From Lingula anatina (taxonomy: Eukaryota; Animalia; Brachiopoda): DNA of 64,000 nt. The notes below the pieces were generated by a model. The model saw only the letters and a list, made by a program, of their open reading frames with translations, did no database searches and was not told where the DNA came from. Below, one piece after another: positions 14,501 through 26,075 of this stretch; position 1 is the first letter of the stretch; each line of letters starts with the position of its first letter. A program made the translations under genes and the position numbers. Location: contig CM120645.1 of assembly GCA_051362555.1 (NCBI GenBank), positions 5,518,001 to 5,582,000 on the forward strand, read 5' to 3'.

Positions 14501-15731
14501 CACATCCACAGACGACTGTAGACAGTAGTCTAAAAGTAAATAAGAATAGTGTAGATGTAAACTCATTACACAATGGACTGATGTGCATTGTACTAGTTTA
14601 GTAATAAACATTCTCATATAGTAATACATTTGGTGATAAAATGTCCCCACATTTTATAATTTTTACTGAATAAGACCACTTTTAGATCTTCTAGCTATCA
14701 AATAAAATCTTTTATGCAGAAGTCAGCAGTTTCTAATTCTTTACAGCACTTGCTTTAAATTTTATTATTTTCCAAATCCTTTTTCCTCAGAGAAAACTCA
14801 CACTGGCATCCCAGATCACACTGTTAAGTACTTTAGGGTCCTCTCCACTGTAGAAGACCACAAGTCTCTCAAACACCATATTGGTGGTCATGGTCAGAAA
14901 CAGCCAGAACCTGGCTCCACTTGACCGTGGAGTGGACGTGATCAGATAGGAGATTATGATGGTCAGGGCATAGAATATCAGGGAATAGAAACCTGTGAAT
15001 TCCCCTAGGACCACACTCTGAAGTCGACTGACCCTGTCAAACACCTCTCCAATCATCGCACGCTGTTCGTGCGTTGACTTTTGAAAATCTTGAAGAAGAC
15101 TGCGAACATTGCCAGAGGATGTTTCGATAGTCTTCCCTAAGGTTTCACCTTGTAGCAACAAGTTTTGCTGATTTTCCAAAGCTTCCTTTTGTCGACTGAT
15201 TATGTCAGACTGAATTTCGTTAGACTCTTGCAGCTGCTTTGCTACAGTTTTTGAAGTATCGGCCAGGTTAGAGATGGTCCTATCTGTATCTTCCTGCCAA
15301 ACCTGGCTTTGCAGAAAGAAACATATGTTCTGCGTGTGTGTGAAAAAGTTTGTGTATGCAGAGAAAGCAGAGTCGTCCATCTGCTTCGTGCATTTTTCCA
15401 GCTCATCATCATCCGAGCAATGGTAAGTTGGCCTCCCACTTTTTTCCAGAAAACAGTTTGTAAACTTTGCGGCAAGCCGATGCTGGACCTCGTCCGTGAG
15501 TTTTTTACAGCCAGATTCTAGCGCAGTTAGCGCTTCTTTCCAACACTGTCCATACCGAGGCCTTGTGGTCTCAGATTTGATCATATTATACTCTCTCCGA
15601 CCATCTTCGAGCATTTGGTTTTCTGATTCCTTTGAGTCTGACAAAGGAGTTGCTTCGGAACCCAAGCAACAGTGTAATATAGAAAGTACACTTAGAGCAC
15701 AATATAAGACTTTAAACTTAAAATACTTCAT
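11533..15731 (-). CDS. GEX1/Kar5/Brambleberry-family nuclear-envelope membrane-fusion protein, ~618 aa. Exons 15731-14802, 14529-14358, 13936-~13715, 13398-13147, 12823-12762, 11751-11533
   Basis: Signal peptide (MKYFKFKVLYCALSVLSILHCCLG); Cys-rich domain CWKEALTALESGCKKL...LAAKFTNCFLEKSGRPTYHC...C...YTNFFTHTQNICFFLQ typical of GEX1/Kar5; coiled-coil region; three hydrophobic segments; Ser/Asp-rich tail. Exon lengths sum to 1857 nt in frame. The exon-3 donor position is uncertain. Confidence 0.85.
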
Positions 15732-16006
15732 CTCTGCCAATGTCTCTTGTTTATCATTTAACGCGATCTATCAGAATTACTTTCTTATTTGACAAATGGA
15801 GCCGTAAGTTGCTACGATTACTAAGTACCACGTCAAGCCTGCCGCCATGAAATTAGTTTCGGATTGTGTACGCATGAGCAGCAAACTTTAATCCAATCAA
15901 ACGCAAGATAACCTCTTGCTCCGAGATATTGACCCATTTTTGTAATATCCGGAAGTGGGATGTAACTTTGACAAGTGAATACCATTTGTGGAAAAACAAC
16001 AGTGAA
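15732..16006. promoter_or_regulatory. Putative bidirectional promoter between the GEX1-like gene and ATG7
   Basis: Divergent ATGs at 15731 (-) and 16007 (+), 275 bp apart. Locally CpG-richer, with ETS/GABP motif CCGGAAGT (15949-15956) and YY1-like GCCGCCAT (15841-15848). Confidence 0.7.
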
Positions 16007-19000
16007 ATGGCGACAACAGCGTGTTCCACTGCTAAGTTACAGTTTGCACCCTTTAGCAGTGCACTTGATGCAGGTTTCTGGCACAAACTTTCAGAAAATA
16101 AACTTGACGTGTACGGCTTGGATGATAAGCCAAGAAAGATTCACGGTTTTTATTTCAATGGTTCGTCTGCTTTTCACTTTGTCATAATCTTTTTGAGGTA
16201 ACACAACGATTTTCGGTATTTCTCTTATTTTAAAAAAGAGTTTGTTGTCTCATTTTATATATTTTGAATTTTTACTGAAAATAATAATAAAGTGGATTCG
16301 TCCTTGATTCCTGTCTAATACTAAATATAGTGATGGAAATTGAAACCAAAAAATGAAAAATGTAAATAATGATATAACCATGTTTTGATCAATATATTTT
16401 AGGAGATGCAGTTGGCATACCTTGTCGTCTGAATGTAGACTATACAGCCTTCAATGAGTAAGTGGGGCTGAACAAAAATAACTTGTTATATTTGCATACA
16501 AGTACTAGTAATGTCAAAGTTATAAAGGAGCAAATGTATTGTACAGTACCTGTCCAGTAATTTTATAGAAATGTTTTTGAATATCTTTGGCAAGATCACA
16601 GTAATGCTAAGTGATTCTTTTACTTGAGAATTTGCCTGTTTGGAATGGAATAAAATATGTTTAATTTTGCCTCTGGGATACATGTGCTACACTTGTGACT
16701 TATTTGTCAGTAGGTCTGCCTCTCTCAGGATTTTATTTGGCAGGCAAATACTATATGAAACCTTGCTAGAAGATCTGTTAATTGTTGTTCCAAATAAAGA
16801 TAATCAGAGATTAGGTATATATTTAATGATCACAACAGTGATCAATTAAAACAATTAATGTTTCTTCATGTTATTGCAGAATTCCCCAAATTCCTCCCAA
16901 CTATTTCCTTTCCCATGGCATACTTCAGAACAAAAACACCATTGACGCTTTCAAAAGTTGTGATAAGAAGGAGCTACTCAGTGATATCGCACATGAAGTA
17001 AGTCTGAGGCATAGTGTTTTGGTCTTACTCAGTGATGAAAATTCTTTTAACCAATGATGGGATAAAATGTGCCAAATTAAAATTTAGAACTTTATCTGTG
17101 ATACAACAGTAAAATATTTTAGATTTACGTGTATCTAAAATGAGTTTCTCCATATTTAGTTATGGTCAGACATCACCAGTGGTAAAGCTATAGATGACCC
17201 TACTTTGCTATCAAAGTTTTTGATGCTGACTTATGCAGTGAGTATTTGTGTTTTTGTACTAGTTATTCTAATTCCCTGTCTTACCTGCAGGTGATTGAAA
17301 TGTAACAGTTATCGTACATTGTTACATTACTGGTACAGTACTGAGTATATTCTTGTGTTTTTAATAATTGTTCTGGATGATTTAAATGTGGTATTGTGCT
17401 ACTTGTAAGTAATATATTTCACTGATAAATTTACCTATCTCTGATGTCTTTTCTCCTTGCTTTCAGGACTTAAAAAAGTATCACTACTACTACTGGTTTA
17501 CCTTCCCTGCACTGTGTGCACCCGAGACATTCCCATTAACAAAGAAACCAGTCAGATTTAATGAGAGATTTACAGAAGAACAGGTAAAATGTTCTTTTCG
17601 ATTTTTAACTTTTGTTGATCTCTTTTGTGATTTGATAATGCATGGGTTGTTTGAAAGGTATGGTAATTACTTTAAATTTTCAAGTGCTTAAAGGCATATA
17701 AAGCTTTCTAATATTTTTTTTTTTTTAAAGATTTGTCATCTTCATATATGAACAACAATGTTTTCTCTAACATAAAGCTAACCAACTTTTCAGTGCCCAT
17801 GCAACTTATGCATATAAATTCTGTAGTATGTGAGAAGTTTTCATGAAATATTTTTCTCTCAGACAAATGCGTTCTTGGCAGCATACACTCAGTTCCAAGA
17901 ATCCACCAGGGGGCAGCGCGGGGTCAAGACAGGCTACTTCATCCTTCAGGAAACTCAAACAGGGTTACAGGTGGCAAACCTGAAGGATGCTGACAGGCTT
18001 ATATCTGACCCACAGGGAAAGGTAGGCATCATGAAGCATACTATCATTGAAAATGATCTTGTTTTTATCCCCACCCACAGGGGAGCCCTAAAATTTAATT
18101 TTGGCAGCCTGTGAATACTGACACATGAACTAAAAATATTTTTTGTTTGTAAGGCATCATCACAACTACTCATCATGAAGCATTATTATAATATCATTTT
18201 GAAAGTTATCTTCTCTGGGGTAGCGCTAGCAATTTTTTTCACTTAGCCAAATCACCACATTTTTGTCAATTTGTTATCAAAATGGTTATAATTTGGCTAA
18301 AACATGTCAAATCAAGCCCTTTTTCTTTAGCCAATTTAAGCCAATTTTAGCATTTGGCTAAATTTGCGAGTGTTAGCGCTACCCCAGCTTCTTGATTTTG
18401 TCCATAGTCAAAGAGCAACCCTAAAAATTAACAACTGTGTCAGAAGCCTTTAAGTGTTGATACATTAACATTTATTTTTGTTCGTAAGGCATCATATAAC
18501 AAGCATGAATCGATCTTTTTATTATTAAAACAAAATCACTGAATCTTAGATCTGTCAATATTTAACTGTTCACTGTATGCTTAAGGATTTTTTTATTTAT
18601 TTAGTATCATTTAGTATATAGCAATTTTGCTTTCTTTTTTTTCAGTGGTACACGTACTTAAAGATTAAGGTTTATCTTTATACATGTAATATGCAGTGGT
18701 TTGCTGAGGATGAACATACCAGAAGCATTTCTTCTTCTTACTTCCTAGCTCATTTTACAATTTGTCTCTTATTATTTTTTTATTCCCTCAGGTGTTATTT
18801 TGTGTGTGTGACCCCAGTACCCTGGCAGAGCACCCTGGTTGGCCTGTCAGAAATCTGCTCACTCTCATAGCTTATCACTGGTAGGTCGCTAGGGTAAAGA
18901 TGATGATATTATCACATGCACTGTTTGAACATTTTGTTTGTCTGAAGATAAATAACATATTATTGAATAAAAATGTTAATTAACTGTTTAATGTTTCTAC

Positions 19001-20573
19001 TAAAAAGTGATATAGAATTTGTTTGAGTCCATTTAGAATGGCTTAAAAATCTGAATAAATATGAATAAAACAGACTTTATGTATAAAAGATATATTGTTT
19101 AAATAAATACCTAAAATACAATACTCTTAGGGCAAAGAGATTAGAATTGACAAAATCAGCTTTATCTAAAGAAAGTTCAAGACAGATGAAATTGGAACTT
19201 GAAGACAAATATGTATACTTTGGCAGTTGTATTTTAGAAATATGATCAGTGGAGGTGTCTTCTCTATTTCAGGGCTGATAAGTTGCCAGAGGTAGAGATA
19301 GTGTCATTTAGAGACAGGATAAGCCAGGGTTCCAGGGACATCAGCCACAGTCTGGTCTTTACTGTTCAGCTGCAGTCTATATCAAACTTGACAGGTATTT
19401 AATATATTTATATGCTGGATTAATATTATGGTAAATCAAATCCAGAATTAACATGTAGCATGAATGATCAGATCTTCCGTTGAATTCAGGATCATTCTAC
19501 CCCAAGTCTGGTAGTTGGGTATGCCTGAGAAGCTGTGGATGTTAAAAATAAGCATTTTTTGGATTTTCAAGCCTGTGAAGTATACCTTTAAATGATTTCA
19601 TCGAGACAGTTTTGGAATGTTGTTGAATTGTTTCAGAGTGTCCAAAGTGTGTGGGTTGGGAGAAGAATGCCAAGGGAAAGTTGGTTCCAAGAATGGTGGA
19701 CCTCAGTGCTACCATGGACCCTGTCAAGTGAGTTCACAATATATCTGTACATTGGCTGGTACATACATGTAGATCAGTATACTTTTAAAAACTTTAACAT
19801 TAGAAATGCATAAATTGAGAAATCAGCACAATAACCACAGTTGGATTCAGTGATGCATTGACTTGCAAAGGTTCTGAATCAGTAGCAAAATGTCTACTTC
19901 CAGAAAATAGGGCTTTTACAGTTTTTGTAACTAAAATTGATAGTCTATCCATGGATTCCGAAGTTTATGTACATAATCTTCCATGGAATATCATACAGTA
20001 GCTGTTTTATGGTTATAAGTATAAGTACCCTGTCTTTCACTTGTAATGTTCTTTCTGTATTGAGCATAAAAACAATAAGAACATAAAAATGAAAGGAAAT
20101 GAATGAAAAAGATTCAAATATCAGTCTGTATTGAGGGTACAATAATAATAATATTCTATTTTGCAGCTATAATAAAATTTATTTAAGTTATCTGTCAGTG
20201 TGAGTTACATGTAAGTATGGCTCAGTGAAGGCAAATTAAAAAAAAATGTTTACCATGTTCCTTTAATTATTATAATTATGACAGATTGTCAGAGTCCTCA
20301 GTTGACTTAAACCTGAAGCTAATGAGGTGGAGACTGCTACCAGAGTTAAACCTGGAGAAGATAACGAGGACAAGATGTCTGCTCCTGGGGGCCGGGACAT
20401 TAGGGTGCAATGTGGCTAGATCATTACTGGTAAGACATGCTGATATCTGCCAAGACACAGAATGACCAGAGTCACTTTTGAAGATATGTTTGTTTATAGC
20501 TGCTGTTTCCATGGTAGTATTAGTATGCTGTTATTTACTTTATATGTATATACTTTTTAGAGGTCAAGGCAGA

Positions 20574-20659
<86 letters not shown>

Positions 20660-23600
20660 AATTTTACATGTAATGTTTATTTATTTATTTTTGCTGGGAG
20701 GTGAAGGGCAGAAAATTCTTAATCAAGTGAATCACAATATCTATACATGACAAACTTAGCTGAATAATTGATAGATATAAATACGTTTTTCCAGGGATGG
20801 GGAGTTAGGAAAATCACGTTTGTGGACAATTCAAGAATATCCTATTCCAACCCAGTGAGGCAGTCACTGTTTGTGTTTGAGGATTGCCTACATGGAGGCA
20901 AAGCCAAGGCTGAGGCGGCGGCCGAGTCACTGAGGAGGATATTCCCAGGGGTGGTGGGTAGCTTAATTATTTTCCTGATTTGTTGATATATGGTAATGCT
21001 AAGGAGATACAATATGGTACGACAGATAAGATACGATGTGATACGATACAATACAATATGATACAATATCCTGTGATATGCTATGCTGTGCTACATGACA
21101 TTGTATGCTATGCTATGCTTTAATAACATATTTTATAATGTGATATTTTAATAACCAAAAATTTTCATTTCTTTTTCAGGATGCTCAGGGACATTCACTG
21201 ACCATCCCTATGCCTGGGCATCCTCTATCAGGTAAGAAAAAAACTTTCATATGTACCTATAATGTTGATATATACAGACTGAAATATGTATGTGCAGATG
21301 GACAGACACAGTTTTGGTGGATGACAACATGACTTAATTTTTTTTTCTTTTTTTTTTGTCACTGATACATACATGTACTGCTTGTTTCATATTTAGGATG
21401 AAATACTCTCTAGTTTTTATTCTTTATCTTACAAGTTTGTATTTTATCAAGAAAAGGAGTTCAGATGATGAATTTTAATAAAATTGAAAATTTATTAGTA
21501 ATACCCAGGTAACTGGAATCCAAAATTTTGAATCCAAGTTGAGTAGATTTGATAAAGAATAAGAATATTTTGTTAGAAAATTGCTACCATATTAATATAA
21601 TAATTCTTCTGAAAATTGAAATGAGTATGTGTTAGAAATTTGTGACTTATTTCTACACTGCATGCCCAACCTGGGATACAATGTAGCATTAACACTCTCC
21701 AATTTAGCCAAATGCCCAAACAGACTTAAATTGGCTAAACAAAAGGGGGTTGGTTTGACTCGTTTTAGCCAAATTTAAACCATTTGGTGAATAAAGTGAT
21801 GAAAAAGTAGAAATTTTACTAAGCAAAAAAATTACTAGTGCTACCCCAGATACTATATAATATGGTTACACATTCCATAGAGAGCAGCATTGAGCAGACC
21901 AGGAAGGATGTGGCAGTACTGGAGGAGTTGGTGGACCAGCATGATGTGATATTTTTACTGATGGACACCAGAGAAAGCAGGTGGTTGCCTACATTACTGG
22001 GGGCTGCCAAGGGAAAGGTGAGGCCACTCAGGTTATGTCACCTTTGAAAAGATCAAATCATTACTATGTAACTACTACATGTAGTATACTGTAGCAGATG
22101 CTGTATTGGGAAATAGATATGCTAGCTAGCTAGTACATGATTGTCCAAGTATCATATGGGGTGAATATTTTGTATCGTACTTGCATGTATTATTTTATCA
22201 GTAAGTAAGTTTTGAGATGTTTGAATCATTTAACCTTATTATAAGTTGTAATAAAAAATGAATATAATTCAGTTAATATATTATTGGAAGTCATTAAATA
22301 CAGTATTGCATTTCTATTATTTTGACACCAGATTGTATTGAATGCAGCCCTGGGTTTTGACACCTTTCTGGTGGTCAGACATGGAGTAAAGATGCCAGGA
22401 GAACCAATGGACACAGCACCGCCAGGAGAGGCAAAATTAAGCTCTAATGTACATGGAAGTCAACTGGGATGCTACTTCTGTAATGATGTCGTCGCACCTG
22501 GAGATGTAGGTCATTTGTGTGATTAGTAATTTTGTGCATGTACAAAGAGAATTAAATTGATGTTGGTCATTCAGAAAGACCAGTTTGTTTTGTGACTAAG
22601 TCAGCTGGCATGCTGAAGCTGTATTTGTGGTGCTTACACCTGTACATCATATTTTAGATTATGTTCTTTTAAAAAATGTACTGATGAAGGCACTATTAAA
22701 ATTTTTCAAATTTTTTTCCTATGTAAAGTATGTAGATATCAAAGTACTTTAAATGCAAACAGACAGGCACTGATCAGAAACAAAAAACATTTTCTTCGAC
22801 CTTCAACATCAAAACCTAGTTTTAGACTTTATCATTTTAGAGATGTGAATTCTATAAATCAGTATATATAGTAGCTATCTTCTATCTTCTTTATATCCCA
22901 GTCCACCAGAGATCGCACCCTTGACCAGCAGTGTACGGTGTCCAGGCCGGGGATGTCCATGATTACGGCCGCACTGGCTGTAGAACTGCTGGTGTCCATA
23001 CTACAGCACCCTGAGGAGGGCGGGGCACCTGCTGATACCAGTGCTAGAGATGAACATATCACTAAGGACATGATGTCTATACTGGGCCTTGTGCCCCACC
23101 AGGTATACATGAACACTACTCAGGCCTGTAGCCGGGGTGGGATTGGGGGGGGGGGGGGAACAAACTGCCCTTTTCTCCAGGAAAAGGTCCTCACTTGGTA
23201 AAATTTGATCTAGGTACAGAACAGTTTCATGGCAAAAGGTCCACTTTTTCAGAAGAGCTCCCTCTTTGAAATTGCTGACTATGGGCCTGCCACTAGTACT
23301 GGCAGGTATAACTGCCATTATTCATTATATTATATTATATTAATCACCACTTGAAGAAAGGGGAGCTTGCTCAAAACAAGAGATGAAGTCAGAATTAAGT
23401 GATTATAATATTTCTTCAGTCAACAGCTCATATTGAAATTGTCATTTACCCCCAATATTTGATTGAGACATGTAAACATAGATTGCCTGTAGTTTTTTTT
23501 ATGATATGTATTTTACTTCTTTTGAGATTCAAGTTTGTTTATTTTTATAATAGTAATTTTTAAAGCTCCAAGACATAGAAAGTTTAAGAAAAATCTTTGT

Positions 23601-24901
23601 AATAAAACGTAAACAGTATTTAATTAAGTATTTTAAGTATTTCCTTGTTTTGACCTTCAGATTCGTGGTTTCCTGTCAAGATACTACAACCTTTTGCCAG
23701 CTAGCAGGGCCTTTGAGAAGTGTACAGCATGCTCAAGTATAGTGAGTATTCGACCCATATTTGCTCATTGTTATAACAGGGATCGTATAATTTTTTGTAC
23801 TATTTTGTGAAACCTTCTCTTTTATGTATGAAAAAAAGTTAACAAAGCTGTTGAGTTTTGTGTAAAATGTTGAAAAACAAGAGAATTCAGAGGAGGGTGT
23901 TGTATTTCCTCTCTTATCTAGCATTTCATTCCCACATATTGAACTGCATGTGATCATTTTCACAAACAAGTGTTGAATAATTTTCAAAAATCTGCCATGA
24001 GTACTGCGATGAAAATAATTTACGTTTTAATATTGTATTTTCTCAACTTTCTTGCCACATTATAGGTTATTGAGCACTATAGAAAAGAAGGATTTGGCTT
24101 TCTGCTGAGTGCTTTCAACCAGCCCAGTTATCTGGAGGACCTCACAGGACTAACACAGCTACACCAGGAAACCCTGGACTCTGAGGTGGGTATATATATA
24201 CACACCAAGTATGGTAATTTTTCCATGGACTTCAATTTCCTAAATTTCACTGAAACAGCCAAACTAACCCTATTTTGTTTAGCCAATTTAAGTCTGTGTA
24301 GGGTTGCCAACTGAATGCATTTAGATTATTGTGTCCATTATAAGTGGTTTTTCACACAAATTTCGGGTATTATTCTGTTGTGAAGTACAGGTACATGTAT
24401 TAATAAAGTTGTGATTATGATACATGTAGTTTATTTCACAAATCACTATGATATATTTATTGAAATATGTCATTCAAGCTCACTAATAGCTTTGACAAAT
24501 TGGGTTTGTCATTGTCTCCTGTATAAAGATTGCACACTGGAACAACAAATTGTTTTAAGAGACTAAATATGTTTTTATGTGTAAGGCATGACAGTTAAAC
24601 CCTTTAAATGGACTTGATCATGCCTCATCTGTAAAAACACATTTTGTTTTCTACCAAATATGTGAACCAGAAATTTTGTGATAGGAGTTGAACTTATATT
24701 AAAGATGTAAAATATACTGTTACAGTAGGCATTGTGTCACTTGAGCTGTTGAATCATTGATGAGCACACTGACAACATTGTGTTAGGTAAGCTATTGAAT
24801 CAGTGATGAGCACACTGACAACATTGTGTTAGGTGAGCTTTCTAATGGCTGTATTGTGTTTTCAGGTGTGGGCCATCAGTGATGATGATGAAAGCATGTA
24901 A
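16007..24901 (+). CDS. ATG7: Ubiquitin-like modifier-activating enzyme ATG7, 695 aa, 18 exons: 16007-16160, 16403-16457, 16880-16997, 17160-17237, 17467-17583, 17863-18021, 18792-18880, 19273-19394, 19637-19727, 20285-20429, 20795-20953, 21180-21231, 21881-22017, 22332-22505, 22902-23102, 23661-23741, 24066-24185, 24866-24901
   Basis: Motifs [60 protein letters not shown]...[37 protein letters not shown], catalytic [14 protein letters not shown] (Cys codon 22932-22934), CTACS. All introns GT-AG; exons total 2088 nt in frame. Confidence 0.97.
18215..18387. mobile_element. MITE with TIR CTGGGGTAGCGCTA in an ATG7 intron; related partial copies at ~21661-21849 and ~24250-24310
   Basis: 14-bp perfect inverted termini; internal repeated TTAGCCAA/TTGGCTAA motifs shared by the other copies. 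Confidence 0.7.
20575..20656. repeat. (TG)n microsatellite
   Basis: Perfect dinucleotide run. Confidence 0.95.
23121..23290. mobile_element. hAT-like MITE (CAGGCC..TAGCC / GGCTACGGGCCTG termini); second copy at ~51003-51182
   Basis: The two copies share a poly-G, GGAAAAGG, GGTAAAATTT and AAAAGGTCCACTT. Termini are CAGG...CCTG; imperfect 8-bp flanking duplication acactact/ccactagt. Confidence 0.6.
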
Positions 24902-25764
24902 CCCAAAGGGAAGAACATCAGACATAAATAAAAGAAGATTTTAAGAACTCAACACAAGCACATAGCAAGGTTCATCAGATATTCAATCCATATTGATGGT
25001 TCTTTTGAATTAATCATGAAAACTAGATGGAATGGTCCACTTGGTCCTATTGGACCCAAAATTGTAAATTTTTTGTCTTTGTTTCATTACATTTTCATAG
25101 GTGTGTCTTTGGCTAATCCATGACAGAAATGTGCACTTAATATTATATTAATCTATGGCCCTGGTAGAAAGTAGGCCTGATTCCTGAATTTTCATTTTTG
25201 CCTCACTTTCTTCAGGTCTCAGATGAACTTTATTTTATTACCAGTATACTATACACTTTAGTGATACGTTCGAACTATCAAGCCATCGGACAATCAAACC
25301 TTCAGACCATTGCTACCGTCTGGATAGCTTGTGAAAGAAGACTTCAGAGCAAAGATTTCAGTGATGTGACCTGTTGAATTGACAAAGCCAAGACATCACA
25401 CAGGCAGGGACAGAGGTCATCCACTAGTGCCACTTGCTTATAATTGTCATCATATACTGGTATTATTCATTGAAGTATTAGAATATAAAAGTGTTTCCTA
25501 AAGGTATAAAAACTTTTAATATGAGTTTCGAAATTCCACAAAAAATACATTGTAAACAACACATAGATATATAATAAATCCTATTTTAACACCAAAACAG
25601 AGGTTATCCCAATTATTCTGAAATTTGTGCTTGCCATTCGACCATGTGGACCTTGATACCTTGGTATTTTGTAGTATACCCCCCCCACCCCCACCCTGTA
25701 ACTTTCACAAAATCACTGATACATGTACTGTATATGGCTACTGTTTTTTTTTAAACCTTTTTTT

Positions 25765-26075
25765 GCATATATGCAACACCAATAACACGATAAGTAGAAA
25801 GTTATGGATTGCAATTTACAGAACTGATTAATATTCATAATACGTAGGTCAAGTTTGAAAATCAGCTTGACTGGACTATTTTTACAAATTTGAAGTTATG
25901 CTTTTTTTTTTTTCTTTATTTAGCATATATGCAACACTGATAACGCATTTTAAGGAAAACCAATCAGCCTTTTGTCTTGCAACTCACATGAGTGATCAGT
26001 CTGACTAGTATACAGATCAAGTTTGAAAAAAAACTTGATCAGTTAAGTTTTGATGAAGTAATTAGCCTTTTTTTA
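25765..26075 (+). repeat. Diverged copies of the ~160-bp satellite unit found at 37974-38440 (Helentron/HINE-type fragment)
   Basis: Shared ATAACACGATAAGT..., TTACAGAACTGAT.AATATTCATAATACG.AGGTCAAGTT.GAAAATCAGC. Confidence 0.7.

Noticed and set aside
24746-24840. TGATGA...CTGA twice in the last ATG7 intron (C/D-box snoRNA-like)
   Set aside because: It arises from a 46-bp tandem duplication, and only 5 nt separate the C and D-like boxes, leaving no room for a guide
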